IMG/VR virus record: IMGVR_UViG_3300009184_000006 | Coordinates: 1-55,553 of that record | Reading direction: 5' to 3' (one strand) | Source of the DNA: a virus | Lineage: Duplodnaviria > Caudoviricetes | Length of the DNA: 55,553 nucleotides | Shown: in pieces, positions 1 to 7,824 of the stretch | Numbering within the stretch: the first letter of the stretch is position 1 | How the letters are laid out: every line of letters begins with the position of its first letter | The notes under the pieces: generated by a model | Told to the model about the DNA's origin: nothing | The model's database searches: none | Seen by the model: only the letters and a program-made list of their open reading frames with translations | Position numbers and translations under genes: made by a program

Positions 1-123
1 GCGAATCGTAATGCGCTCAGTCTGCCTCGCTGGCAGTCGATACGGGTCTTTTTGGTCCGCGCAACCTTCGTTGCAAACCTGGAGACCGGGAAAATTAGGG
101 TCGGAGCGCATCACCGAATGCGC
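1..123. repeat. 123-bp terminal direct repeat, left copy (circular assembly overlap)
   Basis: 1-123 is identical to 55431-55553 and falls inside a CDS. Confidence 0.95.
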
Positions 124-198
124 TCTCTTCATCTTGCAGCGATCACAAACCGCAATCGATAGCGTCGAATTGCCGAGAGTGTCGAGGAAAATGCCCAT
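1..198 (-). CDS. 5' part of a 113-aa Cys-motif protein that spans the circular junction (continues 55430..55287)
   Basis: ATG at 198 after AGAGGGGG; MGIFLDTLGNSTLSIAVCDRCKMKRAHSVMRSDPNFPGLQVCNEGC...; in frame with the track ORF 55287..55544. Confidence 0.8.
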   Translation of the reverse strand, partial: MGIFLDTLGNSTLSIAVCDRCKMKRAHSVMRSDPNFPGLQVCNEGCADQKDPYRLPARQTERITIR

Positions 199-208
199 GC
201 AACCCCCT

Positions 209-1282
209 CTACGCCGTGTAAACGCCAATAGCTGGCGCAAAATAAATCGGGGACTTGTCGCGCTCTTCCTGCTCGGCAAGGTTCGTGTACTCGTTCGCTT
301 TCGCTTCCAAGTACTGAATCCGGTCCAGCGGCACATTCGGCAGCTCCAGCCCCATTCGATGCGACAGCTGCATCAAAATCGCCTCGTACCAACGCTGCGG
401 AATCTCGATCTCGTTGGTCAACGCCCCAACATCCATGACTTGGCGTGAATACCAAACAGTCATCTGCACCAGCGGGTCACTCGGGGTGGGCCAAAGCCAT
501 AACTGCGGCTGGGGGATCGTGCGGTTGAACCAAAATTGAAAAGGCTGGTTGGCCGTGAAATTCTTGTTCGGTAGATTTGTGTAGTCGTCGCGGTTTAACC
601 GCGCCATGGTGATCTCGGTGCTGTTGTTACCCACGAAGAATTCGCGCAGCGCCAGCGTAGTACCGCCGGACGCCAAAATACGGTAGTATTCGACGCTTTG
701 ACCCGGGTTAATGTCGTACCAAAGCCATTCGTTGTCAGTTACAGTGGTCGTCCCCACATCATCCAACGTCAGCCAGTTAGTGCCATCAATGCTGTACTGC
801 AACGTGAAAGTCCAGACTGCGCTGCCGCCACCGGCGACGTAAGGAAGAACACCGATTGAACCCGCATAAATAGGGTTATCCGTGCCGAATGCGACGGAGA
901 TATAACCATTCGCGGATGTCTGCTGGCATACCGTATCTACATCCCCGTCGAATGCATTTCCTACAGTGCCGCCAGCCGATGAATAATAAGCCCCGCTTGG
1001 GCGATTCATCTTTCGATACAGTGCGTTGAGCACCTCGATCGAACCTTTGGGTAGCGAGTAAATGTAGTTGTCGGCGGTTACGCCGAACACCTTCTTGTCA
1101 ATCGCCCAGTAATTAATACCGATATTGGACAGATTGGTGAGAAGGATAAATAGCGATTCGCGTGCCGACAGCTGCTGCTCGGACGTCAATTCCTCCGCTA
1201 ATTTGCCGCAACGGCGAGCACCATGGTCAATGAACGTTTGTACATTGAGAACCGTTTGCCCTACCGTATTTGAATATGCCAT
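209..1282 (-). CDS. Putative head-tail adaptor/tail tubular protein with an inserted beta-sandwich domain
   Basis: 357 aa; adaptor-like ends (SARESLFILL...; EIPQRWYEAI...AEQEERD); lies in the virion cluster. Confidence 0.6.
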   Translation of the reverse strand: MAYSNTVGQTVLNVQTFIDHGARRCGKLAEELTSEQQLSARESLFILLTNLSNIGINYWAIDKKVFGVTADNYIYSLPKGSIEVLNALYRKMNRPSGAYYSSAGGTVGNAFDGDVDTVCQQTSANGYISVAFGTDNPIYAGSIGVLPYVAGGGSAVWTFTLQYSIDGTNWLTLDDVGTTTVTDNEWLWYDINPGQSVEYYRILASGGTTLALREFFVGNNSTEITMARLNRDDYTNLPNKNFTANQPFQFWFNRTIPQPQLWLWPTPSDPLVQMTVWYSRQVMDVGALTNEIEIPQRWYEAILMQLSHRMGLELPNVPLDRIQYLEAKANEYTNLAEQEERDKSPIYFAPAIGVYTA

Positions 1283-1283
1283 C

Positions 1284-1664
1284 TTACCATCCCGGACAAT
1301 TCCATCGTTGCATCGAAGCCCGTGCTCGGCTGCCCTTTTCGGACTTTTCGGCTACTGGTCCCATCCTCGCACAAAAAGAATCGCGGCGTGCACCACCTTG
1401 GGGCTGCGGGGGTTTGAGGTCGGAGCCAGTTTCGCTATTATACCGCGCCCGACCCTTTGCAGTCAATCCTGCCCCTTTTTCTGCCGGAAGCTTTTCACCA
1501 CGCCCGATAGCCAAGCTTGGGCCACCTTTATTAAATCTTTTACCTTTGTCAGCATTTGCATAGTCCTTTCCGACAGATTGCGGGATGCCTACCTTCTTGG
1601 CGAACGCTGGATTGTGCGCTACCGCCTCCATCAACCTGTGCTGGGAAGGTGACTTGCTCGGCAT
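1284..1664 (-). CDS. Small basic conserved phage protein (DUF6321-like C-terminal half)
   Basis: GAGLTAKGRARYN...RRDSFCARM...RWNC motif; start set to MPSKS. Confidence 0.6.
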   Translation of the reverse strand: MPSKSPSQHRLMEAVAHNPAFAKKVGIPQSVGKDYANADKGKRFNKGGPSLAIGRGEKLPAEKGAGLTAKGRARYNSETGSDLKPPQPQGGARRDSFCARMGPVAEKSEKGSRARASMQRWNCPGW

Positions 1665-1666
1665 GA

Positions 1667-2071
1667 TCAAGCGTAGGATTTAATCATCTCAAGCACAACA
1701 GTGTATGTGTCGCCAGAGCTTGCATCTGAAGTGCTAAACACAATATTTCCATTTTTACCAGTGCTGGAATTGTTTGTAATTCCACCAAAACTGGAAAAAT
1801 CATTTGTGTAATTGCTGTTCACATTACTAAGGAAGAACGGAACATCCGTATTTGCGTCCCAGTACATGCGAACTTCCATGCCATGGCAAATTGCGGTGAT
1901 TTTGCTCACTGAAACACCAGTGCAGGCTTTGCCAGAATCACTGGAAGTAAGAGTTGACACATTGACTTTTGTGACTGCCGTTTCACCAGTGCCATCACTG
2001 ATGTTCGTGAATTTCATGATTGCCAGACGCTCTCCGTCCAACAATGTTTGACTTGTGACTGCATCAGCCAT
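1667..2071 (-). CDS. Hypothetical virion-associated protein
   Basis: MADAVTSQTL...; GGAGA RBS; lies in the structural operon. Confidence 0.65.
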   Translation of the reverse strand: MADAVTSQTLLDGERLAIMKFTNISDGTGETAVTKVNVSTLTSSDSGKACTGVSVSKITAICHGMEVRMYWDANTDVPFFLSNVNSNYTNDFSSFGGITNNSSTGKNGNIVFSTSDASSGDTYTVVLEMIKSYA

Positions 2072-2085
2072 TTTTATCTCCAATT

Positions 2086-2110
2086 AAAAGATGGGGGCCG
2101 AAGCCCCCAC
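2086..2110 (-). terminator. Intrinsic terminator (GGGGGC-TTCG-GCCCCC + T tract)
   Basis: Perfect stem with cUUCGg loop, followed by ATCTTTT on the minus strand. Confidence 0.75.
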
Positions 2111-2112
2111 CA

Positions 2113-2901
2113 TTAACACTCGTCAGCTTTTACTTTTCCGCCACGCTTGAACGTGCCGGATAGCTGCGATATTGCTACCGGAGCTGACGGTTTCTTCTTG
2201 GGCATTGCTACGGCGCGACCCGAGTCATTAACTGCGCCCCCCGTAGCAAAATGCTTTTTTGCAGCACCGCCTTTTTTGTAGCCGCCGCCGTTACCCAGTT
2301 TAACATCACCTGTGGGTGCTGAGTTGTTGTCGGGATGAGCGGTGCTCATCTTGGTAGAACCTTTGGTCGATTTGATGATGCCGCCGCTTTTGTAGCCGCC
2401 TTGGCCATCCACTACACCACCGGTCTTGTAGGCTCCGGGTTTGGTGCTCTTGGCAATACCACCAGTCTTCAAGCCTTTGTGGGCTTTAGACGCGGGTTTG
2501 CTCTCGTGCATTTCCAGCTCTTTGCCGACACCCTTGATAGCCTTCATTTCGGCTTTGTGCATCTTGGGTGACTCCATCTCGCCGCCTTTTTTCATGGCGG
2601 GACGCATTGGAGCTGCTGCCATGGCATCAGGACCGGTCATACCGGGTGCACGACGAGCCATACGCTTCGCAGCCATAGCACGAGCTGCACCGGGTGCGCC
2701 CATAGGTGGAACCACGGGGCTTCGGCCAGCCAAAGCACCCATGACACCACCATCCATCTTCTTGACGGGCTTTTTATCGCCCATCTTCGGGATGCCCTCG
2801 GCTTTCATCCGAGCAAAAGTAGCTGAACCACCAGTCTTGAGTTTTAACTCAACTGACGGTTCTGTGGTCATCATTTTGACCATTGGCTTGAATTGACCCA
2901 T
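2113..2901 (-). CDS. Lys/Gly/Met-rich low-complexity protein with repeated xKxGG motifs; probable internal head protein
   Basis: 262 aa; about 9 copies of [FYLM]-x(1-2)-G-G; AGGAGA RBS. Confidence 0.7.
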   Translation of the reverse strand: MGQFKPMVKMMTTEPSVELKLKTGGSATFARMKAEGIPKMGDKKPVKKMDGGVMGALAGRSPVVPPMGAPGAARAMAAKRMARRAPGMTGPDAMAAAPMRPAMKKGGEMESPKMHKAEMKAIKGVGKELEMHESKPASKAHKGLKTGGIAKSTKPGAYKTGGVVDGQGGYKSGGIIKSTKGSTKMSTAHPDNNSAPTGDVKLGNGGGYKKGGAAKKHFATGGAVNDSGRAVAMPKKKPSAPVAISQLSGTFKRGGKVKADEC

Positions 2902-2912
2902 GCTGTTCTCCT

Positions 2913-3890
2913 TTAGGCTTGTGTGACGCCAAGAGCGCCAATACGGGTTGCATTCGGACCTGCCGCAATTGCTGGCAGGGCTATCCCCATCACGAGGCGC
3001 TTGATGCCGTCACAAGCCGATGAGGGCAAATAAGTACCCCTTACATCACCAGTTGTGGTGGTTGCTGTGGCGGTAGCGGCAACAGTCATAGTTCCAGCAT
3101 CTTCAGCCAAGGTGTTGTCCCAGCCAGCGCGGGTGACGTAACCCCTATCGGTGATACGAAGTGGCGCACCCAAGATGTCGGTCGTACCTACCGCAACGGT
3201 AACAACACTCCCGCCAGAAGCAGTGACACTGGCGATTTGGTAGAAAGCTTTCTTACCATTGACAGTAGTAGACGCCACCGTTCCCGTTGCAATTACCTCG
3301 CTCATGGCTTGACCGTAGTAGTCGTAACCAGAAACAGTAATGTTAACAGAAGTTGGAGTACCAGCACCTGTAGTAGTAGAGACAGCACGGGGGCAATCAA
3401 GTTGCAAGCCTGTCGTACCGCCAGTGATTGTAGTGGATGTTACGCCAGCACCTGCTGCGAGCGTGAGTGTGGTAGCGGTTGTAATGACTGCGGCGACAAT
3501 GTTCGTAGTCAATTTGGCTTGTGGTACAGCGTCCCAAATGTAGACGCGGCCCAGTGGGCCAACACCCAAGGTCATTGGGGACGGATTTTGTAGCAAAGCA
3601 TTACCGGAACCAATAATCGTAGCGCTAGCCACAGTTTGAGAGGCGCTTACGGTGTAGGTGCCAATACCTCCGGTACCAGTACCGAAAGCGGTAATGTAGG
3701 TTCCGTTGGTCAGCGACGTAGAACTGTCAATAAACATGCCCACAGCAATCGGGTCACCGGAAAGCATAGCGGTGACGGTCAGTGTCGTGGTGGCAATTGA
3801 GCCAGTAAAAGTCGAAACAGCGGGGTAGGCGTCTGCACCCTGAGCGGTGACAGCGGAACCTAGGAAAAGGTCATCCGAGAATTGAGGCAT
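2913..3890 (-). CDS. Thr/Gly-rich structural protein (capsid decoration/fibre-like)
   Basis: AAGGAG RBS before MPQFSDD; directly downstream of the capsid gene. Confidence 0.65.
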   Translation of the reverse strand: MPQFSDDLFLGSAVTAQGADAYPAVSTFTGSIATTTLTVTAMLSGDPIAVGMFIDSSTSLTNGTYITAFGTGTGGIGTYTVSASQTVASATIIGSGNALLQNPSPMTLGVGPLGRVYIWDAVPQAKLTTNIVAAVITTATTLTLAAGAGVTSTTITGGTTGLQLDCPRAVSTTTGAGTPTSVNITVSGYDYYGQAMSEVIATGTVASTTVNGKKAFYQIASVTASGGSVVTVAVGTTDILGAPLRITDRGYVTRAGWDNTLAEDAGTMTVAATATATTTTGDVRGTYLPSSACDGIKRLVMGIALPAIAAGPNATRIGALGVTQA

Positions 3891-3926
3891 GGTCTGCTCC
3901 TTGAAAAGTTTGACCAAACAGTTAAC

Positions 3927-3960
3927 AAAAATGGGGGGGCTGAGTGTTACCCCAGCCCCT
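3927..3960 (-). terminator. Intrinsic terminator after the major capsid gene
   Basis: GGGGCTG...CAGCCCC stem then ATTTTTGTT. Confidence 0.65.
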
Positions 3961-3971
3961 GATGGCGTTTA

Positions 3972-4886
3972 TTAGACGCCAGGAGTACCGTACATAGCGC
4001 GTGGGTCGGTGAAGCCGACTTGGTAACGCTCGGTTGCTTTGTAGCGCATCGAGTCAGTCTCGAAGTCACCTTCCATGGTCTTCTCCAATGCACGACGCAT
4101 GAGGAGCTTCATGCCCTCAGGAGCGTCGGATTGAACCCACCATGCATTCGCGTTGGTTAAACGGGACAGGACAGCGGCACCTTCGTCCAGCAAGCCGATG
4201 GACTTGACGGGGTTGATGTCGTTGTTAGCTGTTCCAGCACGCAACACCGATTTCAGCAACACTTCGGCTTGGAAGACGTTACCGGGAGCCACCACCAACT
4301 GGCGGGGAACCAAGCGGATCTTCTTGCCGTTGTTGTCCACTGCTTGGCGGATCTGGATGAGCATTTGCTCAAGCGAGGTCTGCGACAAGTTAGCGGAAGT
4401 CGACAGCAGGTTGCTGAAAGTACCATTCACGATGGGGTGAGAGGCGCTGTTCAACTGAACGCCGTCACCACCGGGATAAGAACTATTGAAAGCGCGGTTC
4501 AGCACGTTGGCCGACAGCGTTTCTTTGGTCTCAATCAGTGATTGGGCGAGGTGGCGAGCGTAGACTTGGCCAATTCGGATGTGGTCGCCGTCCTCTACCA
4601 ACACTTTGGTCAAGGCAAAGGCGAGGCCAAAGACTTGGTACACATAGCGTTGCAGGAACAGGACACCACCTTGTTGGTAGGTCACTGGAGTACCATCGGG
4701 CAACTGGGGGGCTGCACCGAAACCGTACAAGACGGGTTCTTCATGGTAGTTACGGGGAATGCCCTGTTCCTCGCGGAACACACGGGACCATTCGTCTTTT
4801 CGTTGGTCGTACACGCCGTCGAAGCATTCGTTGAGGATAGGTTCAACAATACTTCTAAAGTCCGTACTGCGCATTGGAGCGGCCAT
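3972..4886 (-). CDS. Major capsid protein (Mu gpT-like, HK97 fold)
   Basis: 304 aa; GGDGVQLNSASHP, PRQLVV and EGDFETDSMRYKATERY...DPRAMYG motifs. Confidence 0.85.
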   Translation of the reverse strand: MAAPMRSTDFRSIVEPILNECFDGVYDQRKDEWSRVFREEQGIPRNYHEEPVLYGFGAAPQLPDGTPVTYQQGGVLFLQRYVYQVFGLAFALTKVLVEDGDHIRIGQVYARHLAQSLIETKETLSANVLNRAFNSSYPGGDGVQLNSASHPIVNGTFSNLLSTSANLSQTSLEQMLIQIRQAVDNNGKKIRLVPRQLVVAPGNVFQAEVLLKSVLRAGTANNDINPVKSIGLLDEGAAVLSRLTNANAWWVQSDAPEGMKLLMRRALEKTMEGDFETDSMRYKATERYQVGFTDPRAMYGTPGV

Positions 4887-4899
4887 GGTTTAGTCCCCC

Positions 4900-5472
4900 T
4901 TAAATGGCATTAACGGTCGCTTGATACTGCGATTCGTTAATAGTTACCCGCACAACCGTGTACGTATCGCCCCAAGCATTGTCGGGGTACGGAGCCAAAT
5001 CAACGATCCGCATTTGAGCAGAGCTACCAGAGCCGACCAAAGTGGTAGACAAGGTGCACTGCGACAAACCAGTGACATTGCTGCCAGCGGTAGTCGCGCT
5101 CAAATCGGCTTGATCGCCAATAGAGGTCTGAGCCAGTGAGCCGTCGGCTTGAATTTCGTAAACGATGTTGGGGTCGTTATAGAAATAAGCAACGCATGAA
5201 CCGGTTTGGTAAGCCGTGTTGGCTGGCCAATAGTTCGATATGCGACGACGACCAGTGGTGTCAGTCCACTCAACGCCAGCGAAAGCCCCTTGGAAGGAGT
5301 CACCCGCTGCTGCGACAACGATGTTGCCGCTCGTATTGAGCTTGACCGGTTGGCCTTTCAGAATGTCGGTGTTGTACGCCGACGCAATACCGCCAGCCAA
5401 CGCTTGAGCGCGATCCAAACCAGAGGGGTGGAAAGCAGGGCGCAGACCGAACGGTGCATTTGTAGAAGACAT
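4900..5472 (-). CDS. Capsid decoration/cement protein
   Basis: 190 aa; NAPFGLRP...DPNIVYEIQ; immediately upstream of the capsid gene. Confidence 0.65.
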   Translation of the reverse strand: MSSTNAPFGLRPAFHPSGLDRAQALAGGIASAYNTDILKGQPVKLNTSGNIVVAAAGDSFQGAFAGVEWTDTTGRRRISNYWPANTAYQTGSCVAYFYNDPNIVYEIQADGSLAQTSIGDQADLSATTAGSNVTGLSQCTLSTTLVGSGSSAQMRIVDLAPYPDNAWGDTYTVVRVTINESQYQATVNAI

Positions 5473-5504
5473 AGTCTTTTCTCCAGAATGTAGTTCGAAA
5501 TCCG

Positions 5505-6044
5505 TTAGGTAAATACCGGAACGGGCATGGGTTTGTCAAGCTCACGAATTCCATCGCCTTCAATATCGCCTAACGATCGACCCTTGCTGTCACGCGGACC
5601 TAGGTTGTCAGCCTGAATACGGATTTTGTCCGCTTCATCCTGAGGCGCAAAGTGGTGCAGCTCTTCCATGATGGACTGGTAAATGTCCTCTGGAATTTTA
5701 TACAAAAGCATCTCGTTGCATGCAATATAACCCGCTTGTTCACCGGCTTTAACTTTGTAGTTTTCAAAGCCCGGAACTTCGTCAATCATGACTGGAGTAT
5801 ACCCCATACGGAGGCGTTTGTGGATCGGATCGTAGCCGTTAGTTGTCGACAGCCAGATCGCGTGATATCCCGGCATATCCGGGGGCTTGGGGAGGGACTC
5901 TTGCGTCCACTCGTTCCGGAACATCCTGCGACGCTCCTGATCACTAGCCAGCTGTGTAGTGGCATCGGCACGTTGGCGATCCTGCGATGCGCGGGATTCA
6001 CGGCCACCAGCGGTAGTATCTTTCTTTAAACGGTCATCTTTCAT
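5505..6044 (-). CDS. Conserved hypothetical head-module protein
   Basis: 179 aa; LPKPPDMPGYHAIW...GYTPV; lies between scaffold and decoration genes. Confidence 0.7.
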   Translation of the reverse strand: MKDDRLKKDTTAGGRESRASQDRQRADATTQLASDQERRRMFRNEWTQESLPKPPDMPGYHAIWLSTTNGYDPIHKRLRMGYTPVMIDEVPGFENYKVKAGEQAGYIACNEMLLYKIPEDIYQSIMEELHHFAPQDEADKIRIQADNLGPRDSKGRSLGDIEGDGIRELDKPMPVPVFT

Positions 6045-6046
6045 GT

Positions 6047-7048
6047 TCAGCTCCTGTTGGCGTTTAAGCGGTCATATTCAGCGTATTTTTTGATCATCTT
6101 GTTGCGTTCGGCCATATTATCCCACCGACCCGCATCCTTGATGGCTCGCACACGCTCTGGAGACAGACGGAACTCGTTCGGTCTTAACGAATTACTAGAT
6201 TCCCGTCCAGATCCTGTAACCACTTGCCTTGGTCTCCGATTTTGAGCAGATGACTGATCGTCATTTCCGCCATTATAACGGTGAGGCAGGTATTTTGTCA
6301 ATCTATTGTCCAACTCCGACCAGTAATCGGGGGTGTTGGGATCCCAGCCTTCCTCGACGAGACTTTCATCGATTTTAACCGCGACACGGCTGTCGGTATC
6401 CTTCCCATTCGGGTCGTACCAATCATTTCGCGCCATCCAGTCACCGGCCAGACGCTTCAAGCGCGGGTCCGGCGCTTTTGGGACTGCTGGAGTGTTAGGT
6501 GCCGCCACGGCACGCTTTTTGAGCGCTTCGAGGGATTCGACCTGTCGTCGGGCATCGTACCAAGCTTCCTGGGCATCAGCCAAACCCGCGCCATCGGCCA
6601 TTTCGGTCGCCTCTTTGATCTTCATCTTGGCGTATTGCAGCCGTACATGACCATCTTCGATCGCCTTGTCCAGCCGTGCCACATCGGCACCCGCCGTGCG
6701 TTTTTCCAGCACCGCCAGCCGTTCGGTCATCTGCTCGTTCTGGCGCTGCAGAGTGGTGATCAGATGGTTCGATTCGGCGGTTCGAGCCTTGTGGAGCTTT
6801 TTCTTGAGATTCCGCTCTTCACGCCGCGCCAGCCGGATGGCCTCTCGCTGCGGATCAGGGTCCGGAGTATTGTCTACCCCACCACTGGAATCATCATCGT
6901 GGTCATCGTCTGTATCCGCCGAATTTTTCTGCGAATCCGTTTCGGCATTACTGCCATTGTCTGGAGCTTCTCCGGGTGGCAGCAACACCGTCGCTGACCC
7001 ATCTGAACCCTCCGACATTTGCAATTCTAATTTATCGACCGTGTTCAT
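6047..7048 (-). CDS. Putative scaffolding protein
   Basis: Acidic N-terminus, coiled coil, W..RN.WY motif, C-terminal LSPERV..IK; position in the head module. Confidence 0.7.
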   Translation of the reverse strand: MNTVDKLELQMSEGSDGSATVLLPPGEAPDNGSNAETDSQKNSADTDDDHDDDSSGGVDNTPDPDPQREAIRLARREERNLKKKLHKARTAESNHLITTLQRQNEQMTERLAVLEKRTAGADVARLDKAIEDGHVRLQYAKMKIKEATEMADGAGLADAQEAWYDARRQVESLEALKKRAVAAPNTPAVPKAPDPRLKRLAGDWMARNDWYDPNGKDTDSRVAVKIDESLVEEGWDPNTPDYWSELDNRLTKYLPHRYNGGNDDQSSAQNRRPRQVVTGSGRESSNSLRPNEFRLSPERVRAIKDAGRWDNMAERNKMIKKYAEYDRLNANRS

Positions 7049-7482
7049 ATAAACGCCTTCACTTTCAAGGGATCTCCAGTCACTTTTGCAATGACTTCGT
7101 GATCGTTAAACACACTGAACAACGCGGTACTGCCTTCATCGGGGTGCCCGTAGGGTACTTCCCAACGATCGCCGCCCCATTTGGGCATACGCACGTAGTC
7201 TCCAACTTCGATCCAATTGCCCTCGGGCCACGGTTCGAGCGAGTCGCGTTTCTTGAAAGCCAGTGGTCCGATCGCTATGACTTTCGCCACTTGATTGTTC
7301 CACTTCTCAGTCTCCTTGGTCTCTTCGACCAGTACAATGCCAGAGCTGGTGACAGTCTTTTTGGTCTGTCTCCACTGGACGAGAACCCGTCCACCTACTG
7401 GCCAAGCACCGGGATCAACTGCGGGAAATGCTTCCTGCAACGCTGCTTCATTCAAAGCTTCCGGTTCGTTTTTCATCATCAA
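7045..7482 (-). CDS. groES: GroES/Cpn10-like co-chaperonin
   Basis: PVGGRVLV...TSSGIVL...KVIAIGP...VGDYV...NDHEVIAKV. Confidence 0.85.
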   Translation of the reverse strand: MMMKNEPEALNEAALQEAFPAVDPGAWPVGGRVLVQWRQTKKTVTSSGIVLVEETKETEKWNNQVAKVIAIGPLAFKKRDSLEPWPEGNWIEVGDYVRMPKWGGDRWEVPYGHPDEGSTALFSVFNDHEVIAKVTGDPLKVKAFI

Positions 7483-7657
7483 TGTCCTCTTCCTTTAGAA
7501 GATGGTTTAAGGTGTCCAGAGCTTCTTCAAGCCCTTGGTGCTGTCCTACCAATCGCTGGTAGGTTTCGAAATTGACGACATGGCCGTCAATTAACGATTT
7601 GGCGATCGCTGCTTTGCGCTCTTCGATTGCACCCACGAAGTCGCTGACGTATCGCAT
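7448..7657 (-). CDS. Small hypothetical protein
   Basis: 69 aa (YQRLVGQHQGL); translationally coupled to neighbours. Confidence 0.65.
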   Translation of the reverse strand: MRYVSDFVGAIEERKAAIAKSLIDGHVVNFETYQRLVGQHQGLEEALDTLNHLLKEEDIDDEKRTGSFE

Positions 7658-7824
7658 TATTTCTTCTTCGCTTGCATCAACGCGCCGACTTTGGGCTTGG
7701 TGTTGCTGGAAGACTTGGTATCCTCCTTCGCGCCCAATGAAGACCCGTCAAGCTTTGCACCCATCGCCATGCGCTTGTGCATATTCACATCTTGACCCAT
7801 TTGACCTGCGTTGTTAGTAGCCAT
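7657..7824 (-). CDS. 55-aa hypothetical protein (not in ORF track)
   Basis: AGGAGG RBS; MATNNAGQMG...QAKKK*; fills the gap between portal and the 69-aa gene with a TAATG overlap. Confidence 0.65.
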   Translation of the reverse strand: MATNNAGQMGQDVNMHKRMAMGAKLDGSSLGAKEDTKSSSNTKPKVGALMQAKKK

